A stretch of 41,808 nucleotides of DNA, taken from NCBI GenBank assembly GCA_036630325.1, contig CP142728.1, forward strand, positions 1,426,001 to 1,467,808, read 5' to 3'. The notes under the pieces are model-generated. The model was not told the origin of the DNA and did not search any database. It saw only the letters and a list, made by a program, of their open reading frames with translations. Within the stretch, counting starts at the first letter, position 1; the number at the start of each line of letters is the position of its first letter. Below are positions 21,293 to 35,053 of the stretch, in pieces. Origin of the DNA: Vairimorpha necatrix (lineage: Eukaryota). The position numbers and the translations under genes were made by a program.

Positions 21293-24200
21293 TAAAATAA
21301 GATGAATATTTATCAAAATAATTAGATTAATATAATGAAATTATGAATCAAACGAATTACAAAATATAATTTAATATTATAATAAACGGTAAATATATAA
21401 AACAAGACACGGAATAAATTTAATTAACGTAAAAAATTATGCTTATGATAAAGTATTATTAATAAAGATGAATTTTAGAATTCCAGATTTTGTTATGTAT
21501 ATAACGTTAGAACTATAAAATAAAACAGATTCCTAATGAAGGATATTTTAGATCTACCAATAAATTATAATCGATTTGACAAACAAAGCTGTTCTAGCAC
21601 ATCTATCAAATAAATTCTTTAAACCTAAAAATATTTTTATGTAAAATTTACAGAATATCTTAAAAATTCAGAGTTAATTAAAAATAAACAACCAAGATCC
21701 AACGATGATAATGCAAACTGAAATCGATAGAATTTAAAATAACTTATTCTAGTACCACAATTAATCTTTTGATATTATTGACAAGTCTAAATATATTCAA
21801 ATATTTCGGTTATACATAAATCAGATAGAATACTTATTTTGTATTAAAATAACAAATCCCAAATATTAATATATTTAGTTCTGCTTGAGATCCATCTTAT
21901 CATCAAATTAAACGTGAATATTAAATAGAATCCTAAAAATATAAATCAAGCGCCCTAAATTTATGTTATTTTTTGATTCTACTAATATTTTAACAAAATC
22001 ACATTAAGACTCAACTATTTCGCAATTAGAAGCAAAGTATCTATTAATTATCGCCTTGTTTGTGAATTTAATATTTTTAAAAAATGAATCTGTTACTAAA
22101 ATATGATCACAAAGATCTTATTTATATTTATTAAATTTATTTGATTCAAAATAGAAAAATTTTAAACATTCAATATAATGGTATAAATTATATATAAAGC
22201 TGAAGAATATATAATATTCAAAAACAAAACTTTTATCAAAAATTTTATTACAAAACAAAAAAAACTAGTTACTTACAAAAAGAAATTTATAGATTTGTTT
22301 AAGCTATCACGAAAAATATTAGAAATGTCAACTAAAAGATTTAATAGGTATTATTAGATATATATTGCTTTTTTTAGGTTAATGCGATCATATTCAACAA
22401 ACTATAATTAAAGTTATATAAAAATTCAAAATTCTACATTTAAATTTCTCTTATAAAACCGAATCATTTTTACGTACTATCATGATTGACACACCTCAGG
22501 CTTTCCAAAATCCTATCAACTATAGATACGTATTCACAGCTTTACGGTTCTCACATATAGGTCCATAAAATAATATATCCAACAAATTACATCATAATAA
22601 TAAAAAACTAAATTAAATAATGTTTGCTAAAACTTGTTATTATGATTTTTTTACAATAAGAATTAGTTCAAATTTATAAAATAAAGTTTTTAATACTTTA
22701 ATAAGACATAAGATTTTAAGAATTTAATTGTTTAACGAAATAGTGTAATGAAGTAAATCATAATGAACATTGTGTAATGAACATAAACCTTACATAAAGA
22801 AATATATATTTAATAAATATATTAAAGATAGATAAATATATTATGCTCATGTAATGATAAAATAATATAGACCACAAAGTAGTGCTTTAAATATAACTTT
22901 AGTATGTGATAAGCATACAATTGATAATGTATTTTTTTTCCTTAAGATGAAGTTAATTACAAATACAAAAACCTACGTAGTTAGAATTTGGAGAATTAGT
23001 TTAATGATGAGATAGGTAAATGACTGCTATAGATAAACATTTTAGATTTAAGATTCTTATTTAATAATTTGATTGATCCAACAAAATTTAAAATAAAAAG
23101 CAAAATCAATATCATATGCTGCATTTTATAATTTATTTTAGTTATCCATATAAATTTTTAATAGCAAAAGATATACTACAACTATACATTTAAATACACC
23201 TTACCTTCTAGTTCATGTTACTGTGTAAATACAAAGAATCAAAAAGTAGAAGATCTCATTATTTAACTTTATTATATTGAAATTCCTTAAGTTTTCTAAT
23301 ATAATCATTTAAAAGACAAATAACTATATAGATACAAGTTAGGGAAATAAAAAAAATATTTTTGAAAAACAATGTGTTCTAGGAAATAATTAACAATAAA
23401 TTTATAGAAAATGTAATAATAAATTATCCTTCTCATAAATCTAAATTACAAAATAAAATTTTTCTGATTCAGATATAGCTTACATATATATATATTAATA
23501 ATAAAATACTTTACAAATGTTATATATGCTTGTCTTTGCAATCGTTTACTGGGAGTTTGAACAAATTTTTAAATTTATCCCATAAAGAGTAATTTCTTTG
23601 CATATCGAACACCAAACTAATTCTTTTAAAAGTTTTATTATCGAAGGATAGTATTGTCGAACATTTTATAATTTCTTGTATAACATTGGTCTGTATAGAT
23701 GACACAGTCCAAAATTTAGCTTGGGTCTATTGCATATATTCTCAAATATTACATTATTTAGATTTTAAATTACGTTTCCTAAATAAATAGTTGTAAACTA
23801 GTCGACAGAACCTTTGATCATAGATTATATTGCATTGTTTTCATAATATCATAATTTATTAAATACAACGTATGTTTGAATAATATTTATATTAGTTTAA
23901 TCGAAACAAGAATTTAACTTAGCAAACAATTATGAGTATACTTTATAACTAAGTGATATGATAATATAATAAAAAAAAAGGGATGGAATTTAATTTTGTA
24001 TATTAAGTCAATTTTAGAGTTAACTAAAAAAAACTTTATTGAGAATCGTTTTTCTTGTAGGTAAGGTAAGTATGTTAGGTATTTTTTATTTAGAAAAAGA
24101 CCAATTCTTAACTTAAGAAACAATTTAAGTCCGCAAAACAAAGCAATGCAAAGTATTTTCTATTTATTTATATTTTTGTATATTTAGATCATTAATTATG

Positions 24201-24707
24201 GTTTGTTAGCCCTTTAAGTTTTTAGATGATCGATGTATGAAGAAGTTGTGCCAAAGAATTAACCATAATTTTTAATAGTGTAAATATAGAAATTCAACCT
24301 TTTAAATTGTACTTATAAAACAATAATATACTATATACACTATGAAGCCAAATTATTAAAAAAGCTTTAACATAACGTATTTTAACAACAAACAGAAACA
24401 TACTGTATCGAAATATTGGTTAATATATAAAAATCATTGGGGTACTAAGAAAAACAGAACTTATACTCTATTTAAGAAATCAATTGTAAAGATGTATATG
24501 TATATATAAGAAGGATAATGAACTTAAACGAAGAAGAAAAAACTTTACTTCTGAACAAAATATAATTATTATTTATAGTATATGTATGTCAAGTTAGAAG
24601 TATTGGTTTTCTTGATGATATTTTTAAGAGAAAAATAATTTCAAATGTTTTTTATAGATAGTTAACTATAACTTTATAAACATATAAGAAGGAAATAACA
24701 ACGTCGT

Positions 24708-26043
24708 AAAATTAAGAACATCTAAGACTACATATAAATATATATTATTGGTATATAAGTGAACGTTGTGTGTCTTTTTTTGTTTTTGAGCCATATAAAA
24801 GATTTGTTATTTTTCCATCTCTTTCTTGTATATATATATATATATATATAAGAAGACAAATCTTGCAAAATATGAAAAAATTAAGAACAGCTGAAAATGC
24901 ATATAAATTTATATATTTGTTATATAAGTACTTTTTTGTATCTTTTTTTGTTTTAAAGCATTTATGAAATTTGCCATTTTCCATCTCCTTCTTGTATATA
25001 TATATAAGAAGACAAATCTTGCAAAATATGAAAAAATTAAGAACATCTAAGACTACATATAAATATATATTATTGGTATATAAGTGAACTTTGTGTGTCT
25101 TTTTTTGTTTTTGAGCCATTTAAAAGATTTGTTATTTTTCCATCTCTTTCTTGTATATATATATATATATATAAGAAGACAAATCTTGAAAAATATGAAA
25201 AAATTAAGAACTTCTGAAAATGCTTATAAATTCATATTATTGTTATATAAGTGACACCTGGGTACTTTAAATGTTTTTAAAGCATTTATGAAATTTGCCA
25301 TTTTTCATCTCCTTCTTGTATATATGTATATAAGAAGACAAATCTTGAAAAATATGAAAAAATTAAGAACATCTGGACTACATATAGATTCATATTATTG
25401 TTTTACAAGTACTTTTTGTATATCTTTTTTTTGTTTTTAAAGCATTTATGAAATTTGCCATTTTCCCATCTCCTTCTTGTATATATATATAAGAAGACAA
25501 ATCTAGAAAAATATTAAAAATATGAAAAAATTAAGAACATCTAAGACTACATATAAATTCATATTATTGTTTTACAAGTACTTTTTGTATATCTTTTTTT
25601 TGTTTTTAAAGCATTTATGAAATTTGCCATTTTTCCATCTCCTTCTTGTATATATATATAAGAAGACAAATCTAGAAAAATATTAAAAATATGAAAAAAT
25701 TAAGAACATCTAAGACTACATATAAATTCAAATTATTGTTTTACAAGTACTTTTTAACATTCTTTATTTGTTTTTTTAGCATTTATGAAATTTGCCATTT
25801 TTCATCTCCTTCTTGTATATATGTATATAAGAAGACAAATCTTGAAAAATATGAAAAAATTAAGAACTTCTGAAAATGCTTATAAATTCATATTATTGTT
25901 ATATAAGTGACACCTGGGTACTTTAATTGTTTTTAAAGCATTTATGAAATTTGCCATTTTCCATCTCCTTCTAGTTTACATATATATGAAGACAAATCTT
26001 GAAAAATATGAAAAAATTAAGAACAGCTGAAAATGCATATAAT
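24708..26043. repeat. Minisatellite, 156-169 bp unit, 8 units plus a partial one
   Basis: Anchor aattaagaac at 24710, 24879, 25035, 25202, 25361, 25529, 25698, 25858 and 26015. Each unit contains a variable TA tract. Confidence 0.95.
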
Positions 26044-27413
26044 TGTACGGTCTTATGTGATAACAAGGAATGTATTTATATATATGCGCACTTATTAGTT
26101 TATATGATTTATTTTTTCTTTAAGTAAATCAAAGTATGTTATTATTATGAAGATTTTGAAACAGAATGATTCTAAAAATTTCTAGTGTAAACGTGGTTGT
26201 TTTACGATTTAACATTCTAACATAAGAATAAAATTGAAAATGAATACTAATTGGTAAAAAATCTTATTATAATGATTAAATATTTTAAAAACTCCCAGAA
26301 ACAATCTCTATTTTAATTACAATTACATCTAAATATATATACAAGTCTTTAAGTATCAGCAATATTTCTAATTTTTTTGGCTAATGGAAAGTATTTATGT
26401 ATATTTGTACATGAGAGAGATAATGAACACGAAAAAAGAGAAATTGACATCTCATAAAAACTAGTAAAAATAACATTGTATATATGTAAGTAGATTGTAA
26501 AGTTTTTATTCTAATTAAAACCTTTATTATATACATGATTTAAATTTTTTTAAAGGGTATCTATCTGCATATATATATATATATAAAAGTACAAAATAAA
26601 AACTTTAAATTCAAGAAAAATATGCATAAATATTAGTGCAGTGAATTTAATTGTATTGAAATAATAGAACATTCATTTGGTAACAAATAATATATAAGTA
26701 TTTTTATGTAATTAAAATATATAATTATATAATTTTTGCCGGTATCAACACATAGAATAAATAGATTTTGAATTAAACAAATCAGAATATAATTTGTGTA
26801 TAAATCAAGAAAAAAGATTTTTTGAATTTTAAGATGAATTTTTATTATTGGAATATATCGAGGTGCATTAGAAAGAATAGAATCGTGGATAAAAAACAAC
26901 CAATACCCCATTGGAAAACAATAGTGTATAAAAATACAACACTTTAAAAAAATATAAAACGAAATTTAAATATAATGAAGATTTTATATTTTATTTATTT
27001 AATACGAGGGAGCGATTATATAAATGTATCGTAAATAAACACAATTTCTATTAAGAATAATAGAAAAATCTCATATGTACGTATATATGAATTTAACATT
27101 GAAATTTTCTAAAAATTATAATTTTCATACTTAATGTAGATAGTATCGTAGCCAATTAAATACTGATCAATCATATTCTCACAAATTGGCAGATTTAATT
27201 GGCTTCAAAAAGTATTAAGAAAAATTCCAAAAGGGGGAATGGAAAATAAGAATAAAGAAATTGACATATTTCAAATAAATAAGATCTTATAGAATCATGT
27301 AATTATATTATATATTTATATATTATTTTTTGCATAATTCAATGAGAATTTCTAAAAAAAATAAGCTTGAATAAGAATTGTCATATTTACAAAAATTATG
27401 TTATGTCTAAATA

Positions 27414-27599
27414 ACATCCAGATGATCACGCTACAAACCATTTCTCTGGACTAATGAAGGAGAGAATACGAAGCTGATGTGGAAAGGACTATGGAGATAA
27501 GAAGCAACCTACAAACAGGAGGCGCTAACGCGGAACCTATCCTTGTCAAACTATAAATATAAATTACAATAAGCATACCCTAATTAGATTCATTTATTT
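27414..27599 (+). mobile_element. Severely 5'-truncated RLE non-LTR retrotransposon with 13-bp TSD
   Basis: Homologous to 21097-21292. Flanked by TTATGTCTAAATA (27401-27413) and TTATGTCGAAATA (27600-27612), one mismatch. Confidence 0.85.
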
Positions 27600-28919
27600 T
27601 TATGTCGAAATATAACTATATTCCAACGATATCTTATGGTAGTATAACATAGAATTTTGCGACCCAATATAGGATATTATAAAATTAGTTACAACATCTT
27701 GATCTTAAGATATCTCATGATTTTACGAGATCAAAATTACTTTTAATAAAGGATAGTTTTTAAAAAACTTACTTTCAATATATGAATATATTGGCAAACC
27801 TGTTCGGAAATGATTAGACCACCTAGAATTAAAACGAAATATATATGTTGGAAATAGCAGACGAGTCTGAATGAAATTGCATGTTTATTAAGAAACTTTC
27901 TCTTTTATATTTAATTCTGAAACACTGATTAGTGATAACCATATTCAATTGGACCAGCTTGTGATGAAACAGTTTGATGATTGATAAAGAGCAATGATTT
28001 GTATTTAGAGTTACAACAATATATATATATATATATCTGATTGTTATGTTAGTATCTTTCTATTAAAGAAAATATTTTATATCTGATCGTATAATATATA
28101 CTCGTAAAATCAGTAGTAGATCAAAAAAAAGTAAAAAGGATTCATTTTAAACTAATATTTTTTGTATATCTTTTATATAGAAACCTTATTAATAACAATT
28201 TCATATATATATATATAAAATACTTTTTTGTTTAATATTTTGTTTTCGATATTTCTAAAATTTTATCCTTATACATCTATTTTAAATTAAAAGTCAATAG
28301 ATAATTAGGGATATTTATGCATACTTCTTAATTAAAAATATGAATTGTTAATCGTATAGTGTTATAACACTAAATATGATAACGTTTTGAATTTTATCAT
28401 TTATATCATTATATGTAAGGGACACATAAAATATTAAGCATTCTAAAGTTTTCATAAATTATCTTTTAAATTCTTATAATCATTAATTAAATACTAGAAT
28501 AATCATCAAAATATTCTTGTTTTTACATATCACACAATTCAATGTTATGTATCAAATTCATCAGACTGATGTTCTATGAATAATATTAGTAAGTAGGATT
28601 ATTTAAATAGTCGAAATGTCTAAAATTGCCCTTTATTCTACGTAAAACTGTTTCTAAATAGTCTATATTTATAATTTGATCTTAATTCTAATATCCCTTT
28701 TAATAATTGAATTATTTATTCAGATAATGCTAAACTTATATCTATAGAAGTTTTCGCATACATTCATCACAATGATTATGTAATAATCATACTTATGTTT
28801 GATTGGCAATAATTAGGTATAAATGCGATTATTAAAATCATTATTTTCTACGGACTAAAAATATATGATCGGAGAAACCTTATGTTTATCAATAGATTAT
28901 ATGACTAAATTTAAGTAAA

Positions 28920-29410
28920 GCACATGTAGCGGAAGTGCTTTTAAAAATTATAGTAAAAAGCTGCAATTACAATTCTTGTGACAGCACGTGTTTTTTCACT
29001 GTTAATGTAATTTTTTTTTACTTTATGCTCATGATCTTTTTTATCAGCTAATGATTATTATAAAATTTAATACTTCGGAAATTTGAGTATACATCTGTAT
29101 TCCAACTTTTCAACTTCTCGCGACACGTGGGATGCGCAAGCGCTATAAGGTCTTGTCCATTGAAGTTGGTATAACTAACGATACTCAAACTTCAGAAGTA
29201 TATAATTCGTATAATAATCATTTGCTGATAAAAAAGATCATGAGCATAAAATATAATGATTATTACACTAGCATAAAAAAAATTGACTGTCTTGGATTAT
29301 AAATTATGTAATACTTATTTTTATAATACTATATTCCACAAATCTTTTGTCATTCCAACTTAACTTATCTCTTTATTGCACCAATCCAATCTTTGATTTA
29401 TCATTGCCCA
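28920..29410 (+). pseudogene. Paralogous copy of the degenerate RLE retroelement remnant
   Basis: Duplicate of 121-620; IEVGITN begins at 29159. Confidence 0.62.
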
Positions 29411-29914
29411 TAAACAAAATTTTTTTTTTAATATTTTAGGAGGGAAATTTAAAATAAACAAAATATAGAAAAGAGCGTAGATTTTGAATTAAAAGGATTT
29501 AATAGCAACAATAAAACAAATTTTTGTTATAAATTAATTAAAAATATACAATCAAAAACTAAACAAATATGTTAATTACTCTTTATTCAATGATCTTTAT
29601 TTGAAATTTATTATTAATTTTTCTTTGTCTATAGAGTAACAACTCAATTAAAAAGATGATCAGATGGTATTTTTTGAAATACAATACGGCCTTAAAATTT
29701 TTTAAATTCTCTTGACATTTTTGAAGAAATTCAAAATTTAATTAAATTTTTGCTAAAAATCAATCGTAATGTCAAAATAAAATATTTTTTTTAAAATAAT
29801 AGTTACAGTTGTAAAATTTAAAAAGATTAGGAATTCATTATTTCTAAATTATATTATTATTGAACAAATATATTAATATTTTAAATTTTATTTGCATTCT
29901 TCAGAAATCTAAAC

Positions 29915-30222
29915 ATTTCTGGAAGCATACATTCAGTCTAATGTGATAAAGAAAACTCCAGAGTCCATCTCTTTGGAACGACGAATAAGATATGATAAAG
30001 ATTATGCAGGAGAAGAAGAAGTGGTTAGAGCTTTTAACTTCTAGCGAATATGGCGACTGTTGAACAAGCGATGTCGGTATAGGAGAATGAAGCTAAAAAT
30101 TTGGAGTTGAAAAACATAAATAATTCCACATAAACCAAAGTCTATGAAGAGCCGAATCTAGTGAGCGATACCGAGGGAAACTGAACAATCTAACTTTAAT
30201 GATAAATTTACTCAATAAATCT
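29915..30222 (+). mobile_element. Paralogous RLE non-LTR 3' fragment
   Basis: Reads FLEAYIQSNVIKKTPESISLERR; duplicate of 1975-2275. Confidence 0.75.
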
Positions 30223-30980
30223 TTTATATGTTGTCAACACTAAACACAAACATTGGCGTACTTACGAATGTAGTAACGACCATGCAACTTTCGTTTGATT
30301 AAGTGACCCAACTTGACATGCCTTTCAAAACGGTTGACATATTTTTGACATCTGTCCATGTGTTGTAGTAATGTACATCACAGTATCTAAGAAAAACAAA
30401 ATCTCAATAAAGAATATTAGTTAAATCACATAAATATGTTTTTATAATTTTGTATTCGAAATTATTAAAAGAATGTAGTTCATATATAGTTGTAGCAGAT
30501 CAAATATATATTAATCATATTCTTACAAATGACAGTTTTAACTTGTTGAAAAAATTATTTAAAAAAATTTACTTTAGAGGGTATGGAAAATAAGAATAAC
30601 AAATTTGCCAGATATAATGGAGAAATTGAAATACGATGCCAGTAAATCTTAAATTGTGCGGTCACATATGAAAGTATTTTGTATATAATATAGGACATAT
30701 ACTTGTTTTTGCAGTGTAAAATGTTTACTATTTTTTAGTATAACATGTATATATATATAGAAATGTATATTTGGATCAAAGAAAATCTTATATAATTTAT
30801 TTTCCAAAAGAAAGCATAAAACTAACATTGTAAATTGTTCTATTATTTGATTCATTCAGATTAATGATCTTTTAATCTGACTAATTTGAAATTTTTCTTT
30901 ATGCATAGAAAGAAAAACAAAAATAAATAAAGTTGAACTATAATTGGTTTTCTTAAAGGATAACAAAAAATTAAAATAAT

Positions 30981-31115
30981 CGTGCTTGGCAGAATGGTTG
31001 CACCTTGATTTAGGATTTCGAAGGTCCAAGGTGAGATTCCCGGTAAGAGAAAATTTAAATTTATTTTAAGTATAAAGATATCTACTGGCGGACATATAGA
31101 CGTCACTAAATATAA
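30981..31115 (+). other. Paralogous tRNA-derived element with degenerate B box
   Basis: A box intact (TGGCAGAATGG); B box mutated to GGTGAGATTCC. Confidence 0.55.
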
Positions 31116-34100
31116 TATTTCAAAATTGATAGACTAAACAAATATTTTGAAAAGTATCTCTTGTATGAATTGATCATTAATTTCTTAAATACATTCACAC
31201 TTTAAATTCTTATTACATATAATTTGTCCTTCTGTGTTTCATAATACCATAGCTGTATATTCTATAGGGACCTAAAAGCCAATTATGGCACTCTTGATGT
31301 AGAAATTTATGAAGTTTGTTTTTATACAAACAAGATATAGTATAAGATGGAGATATGTTCAATTATTTCATTAAAGACAAAGAAGTTTAATAAGTTTGCT
31401 TTTAGTGTCTTTGTAGTTGAAGAGCCATCTGAGATCTAGATGATTTATATATATAATATCGACACTAGATTAAAACGATAAATCTATACAGAGGTTTTAA
31501 AATCTTCATTTTAATATATTTTTTGATTTAATGATGCGATTAGAGGCTTGTATATAAAAATAAACTCATCAAATCTAAATGGTTACGTCGGAGATAGTGC
31601 AGCGAAAGTATTTGGTAGAAGTTAAGTGAATAATAATACCCTATATCAATTGGATTTTTAACTCAATTGCTTTTGAGTTTATGTTTAATATCATCTTCTC
31701 TTCTCCTCGCCAAAAATTTGAAATTTTAAAGTAAATAAAGGCTATAAGTCAAAATTATGTTTTTTGAACTTTTAAATTTTTAATTATTCAAGGATGACAA
31801 GTTAAATTATTTAAACAGCAAGAATAAGAATAAAATCATGAAAAAATAAATTATCTAAAATGACATAATTTTGATTTGTTTTTTTCATTATTGAAAAGAA
31901 TTTATACACATTTATAAAAAATAAGAAGTTGATAAAAATCATGAAAAAATATTTGTCTTACTTGCAATAATTTCTAATATAAAGTTTTTAAATTTTCATT
32001 TTTAAAATAAGGAAAATTTTATATACATATATATATATATATATACAATAAGACAGAAAAAAAATTATGGAAAAATAATTAGTCTAAAATGCAATAATTT
32101 CTAATTTAAGTGATTTAAATTTTAGATTTTCCAAACTTGACAATATATATACAAATGTAATAAGATGATGAAGAAAATCATGATAATTATTTGAGGAAAA
32201 TAATCACCCCAAAATATTTCATTACAAAAGAACTTAGCTATATCATGAAGGCTTGAAAGTAATTATTCTTGACATTCTAAACAACTAACTAATTATTAAG
32301 AGTAGATTTATTTGTATATGTAAATATATTTAAGAAGAGATAATAATATTGACAAGACAAAAATAATCTGATATTAAAATTCAGAATAAACAGTATTGTA
32401 AGTACCAAACTTCAAAAATAGATTTAATATTTTTTGCGACTGAAAAATTAAAATTATATCTATCGCTTGCAAACAAAGTAAAGTTAGTATGTATAATATA
32501 GAAACAAAAATAATAAAGTTTAATCGTTTATTCAACAAACACTGTTAAATACATTGTTTTGGAGCTATTTATCTTAACAACCGTACTAGATGATTTAAGA
32601 AATTTATATTTTGAACAGATTTCCCATAAATACTACTAAATTGAATAATCTATGTGTTACGAGTCATTTGCATACTAAGACGTGCTCTCCCTAAAGGAAT
32701 AGCTATTATTGCCAAGTATATTGAAAGACAAAAACAAGGATTGACTTTAAATGGCAAAATGAGCATTAAATATATGTAATAAAGACATATAAAGATTTTT
32801 TCAACAAATGTTTCTTGTGTTTTAAATATCTTCAATTAGTCATTAGCATTTTACTTAAACAAGACACTTTTAGGAAAAGACTAGGAAAGATTAAACATTA
32901 AGGATCGAAAAGCGCTGAAAAAACACATTAAAGAAAACAACAATATTCCTTCTTTAGGGCGTAAATCAACCTCAAAGTCTATATATAAAATGAAATAAAA
33001 ATTATATGATACTAAAAATTCAAAATCTCAGCAAAATTTATAAGCTTTTACGAAGATATGTGTAGATATAATAAACATGGCAAGTGCTTAATAAAAATAT
33101 ACATAATATACTAAGATATAAAAATCTTGGTAATAAGTTCATATTTATTGCAACAACCAGATGTATATATGTATAAAAGAATGAAATACCCCAGAAATAA
33201 TTGCATCAAATATTTTAATCGTACAGACTTTACATAATCAACAATAACGTTTTTAATGATATATAATAAGAAATAATGTTTGTTTCTGAGTTATTATAAT
33301 ATCGATTAATTTATAAAGAAAAAATATTCATATGTAAAAAGAATAAACAATTTATTATAATGAACCTAATCGATGAAAATTAAGTATTGTAAACAATTAA
33401 ATGATTGTTCTCTTTGGCAATATAATAGTTAAAATCTAAAAACAAAATTAGAGAAAATTAAAAAATAAAATTCACGTTTCATTTATCCTCTAAGAATAGA
33501 AAGTCAGTGTGAATATACTATTAACTTTATTCTATAGGACTGATATAGTAATTTTGACTTACAAAACCAAAAATAGAAGACAAATAATCAGTTATTTAAG
33601 ATAGTAAAATGAACAAAAGTTGAAAAATAAAGGAAATATAAAGTCAGAAACACGATATTATAATTATTTGTGCATTTGAATATAAATAAAATCATTTTTT
33701 ACAACATATATACAATAGAGTGATATAATTCCGCAATTTAATATTTGATATGTTTAGATTTCATTACGTTAACATTTTTTTTTAAATTATATAATCTTAA
33801 CAATGAAAAATTTATATTTTATGATACTATATTTTTTGAATATTCCAGAGGTTAAAATATTTTTCAAATATGGGGTGAATGATCATTTAAATATAACATT
33901 TCTAAAAAATAATTAAATTGATATATTTTTGAATTACACCCCCTAATAGATATACTTTTTGTTTTCATATAATTAGACTATTTAAATCATACACAATTCA
34001 AATAGAGAAGAGAAAGATATATTGTTTAGAAAAGAAAACAAAAAAAAAGATTGTAGATCTTAAAATAGTTATAAAACTGTACACTAAATCAAAATTATTC

Positions 34101-34218
34101 TTCACATTAGATATTATACCATGGATTTAATAATTGCAGACATAAATTTTGACTGAATTTTTCTGGGATTGATTTGGTTGCAAATTAAATTTTTATAAAA
34201 AATGCACATATTTTATTT

Positions 34219-35053
34219 GGCTAAAGAGAACTTACAGCCCCCGCATTTGAGGCGCTACGATTTTTTTTTCCGAACCCCAAAAATGAAGTGTAAAAAAAGG
34301 AGGAGCAAAGAAGAGACAAAAATTACTAAGCACTTATGACATTAAAAACAATAAATAAATATATATTTATGTACACAATTATATTTTAATACAAGTTTTT
34401 ACAATAATATAAACCAATAAGCATTTTTTGCCCTTCTGATTTTTTAGAATTGGGGACAAAACCGCTCTCTCTGAGGGTGTTCACTTTATTATTTTGAACC
34501 CCAAAAACGAAGTGCAAAATAAAGGAGAAGCAATCATTAGTACTCAAATTACTTGCATCTTAAAACAGTAAAAATACCAAATAAATATATATTCTTATAC
34601 GAAATTTAATTTAAAATAAGAATATAACCATAAAACTATATAATTCTAAATAACTTAACATATTTTAAATTAAATTTTTTGATTTAACAATCTGTATAGA
34701 TCGATGAACATTTATTAAAATTTTCTTATATAAGTAATATTTATAATTTTAATTGTTGTTTTATTATTAAAGTAGATTTTTGAAGAAAATCTACTTTCAT
34801 AATAAAACAACAATTAAAAAAAATTGAAAAAATAAGAAAGGCGAAAAAGACACAATACTTCAAATGATTATTATAACTAAATTTAAAATTAATTTTTGTA
34901 TAAAATTAAATATTTATTTGCTATTTTTAATGTAATAAGTGCTTAGTAATTTTTGTCTCTTCTTTGCTCCTCCTTTTTTTACACTTCATTTTTGGGGTTC
35001 GAAAAAAAAAATCGTAGCGCCTCAAATGCGGGGGCTGTAAGTATCCCAGCTCC
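34219..35053. mobile_element. Non-autonomous DNA transposon (MITE-2), same family as MITE-1
   Basis: GG...CC termini and long TIRs. 8-bp TSD TTTTATTT at 34211-34218 and 35054-35061. Empty paralogous site at ~6252-6259. Body collinear with 1049-1888. Confidence 0.93.

Noticed and set aside
23520-24141. Minus ORFs 23520..23705 and 23914..24141 (also 26633..26911, 3186..3380, 3831..4016, 30649..30855, 30861..31106)
   Set aside because: Short, AT-biased translations with no recognisable motif; those inside the duplication are not preserved as equivalent ORFs in the paralog.
24708-26043. CRISPR-like array, or CDSs 24745..25119, 24770..24967 and 25691..25873
   Set aside because: Whole units are homologous with no unique spacers and no cas genes; the ORFs are low-complexity satellite translations.
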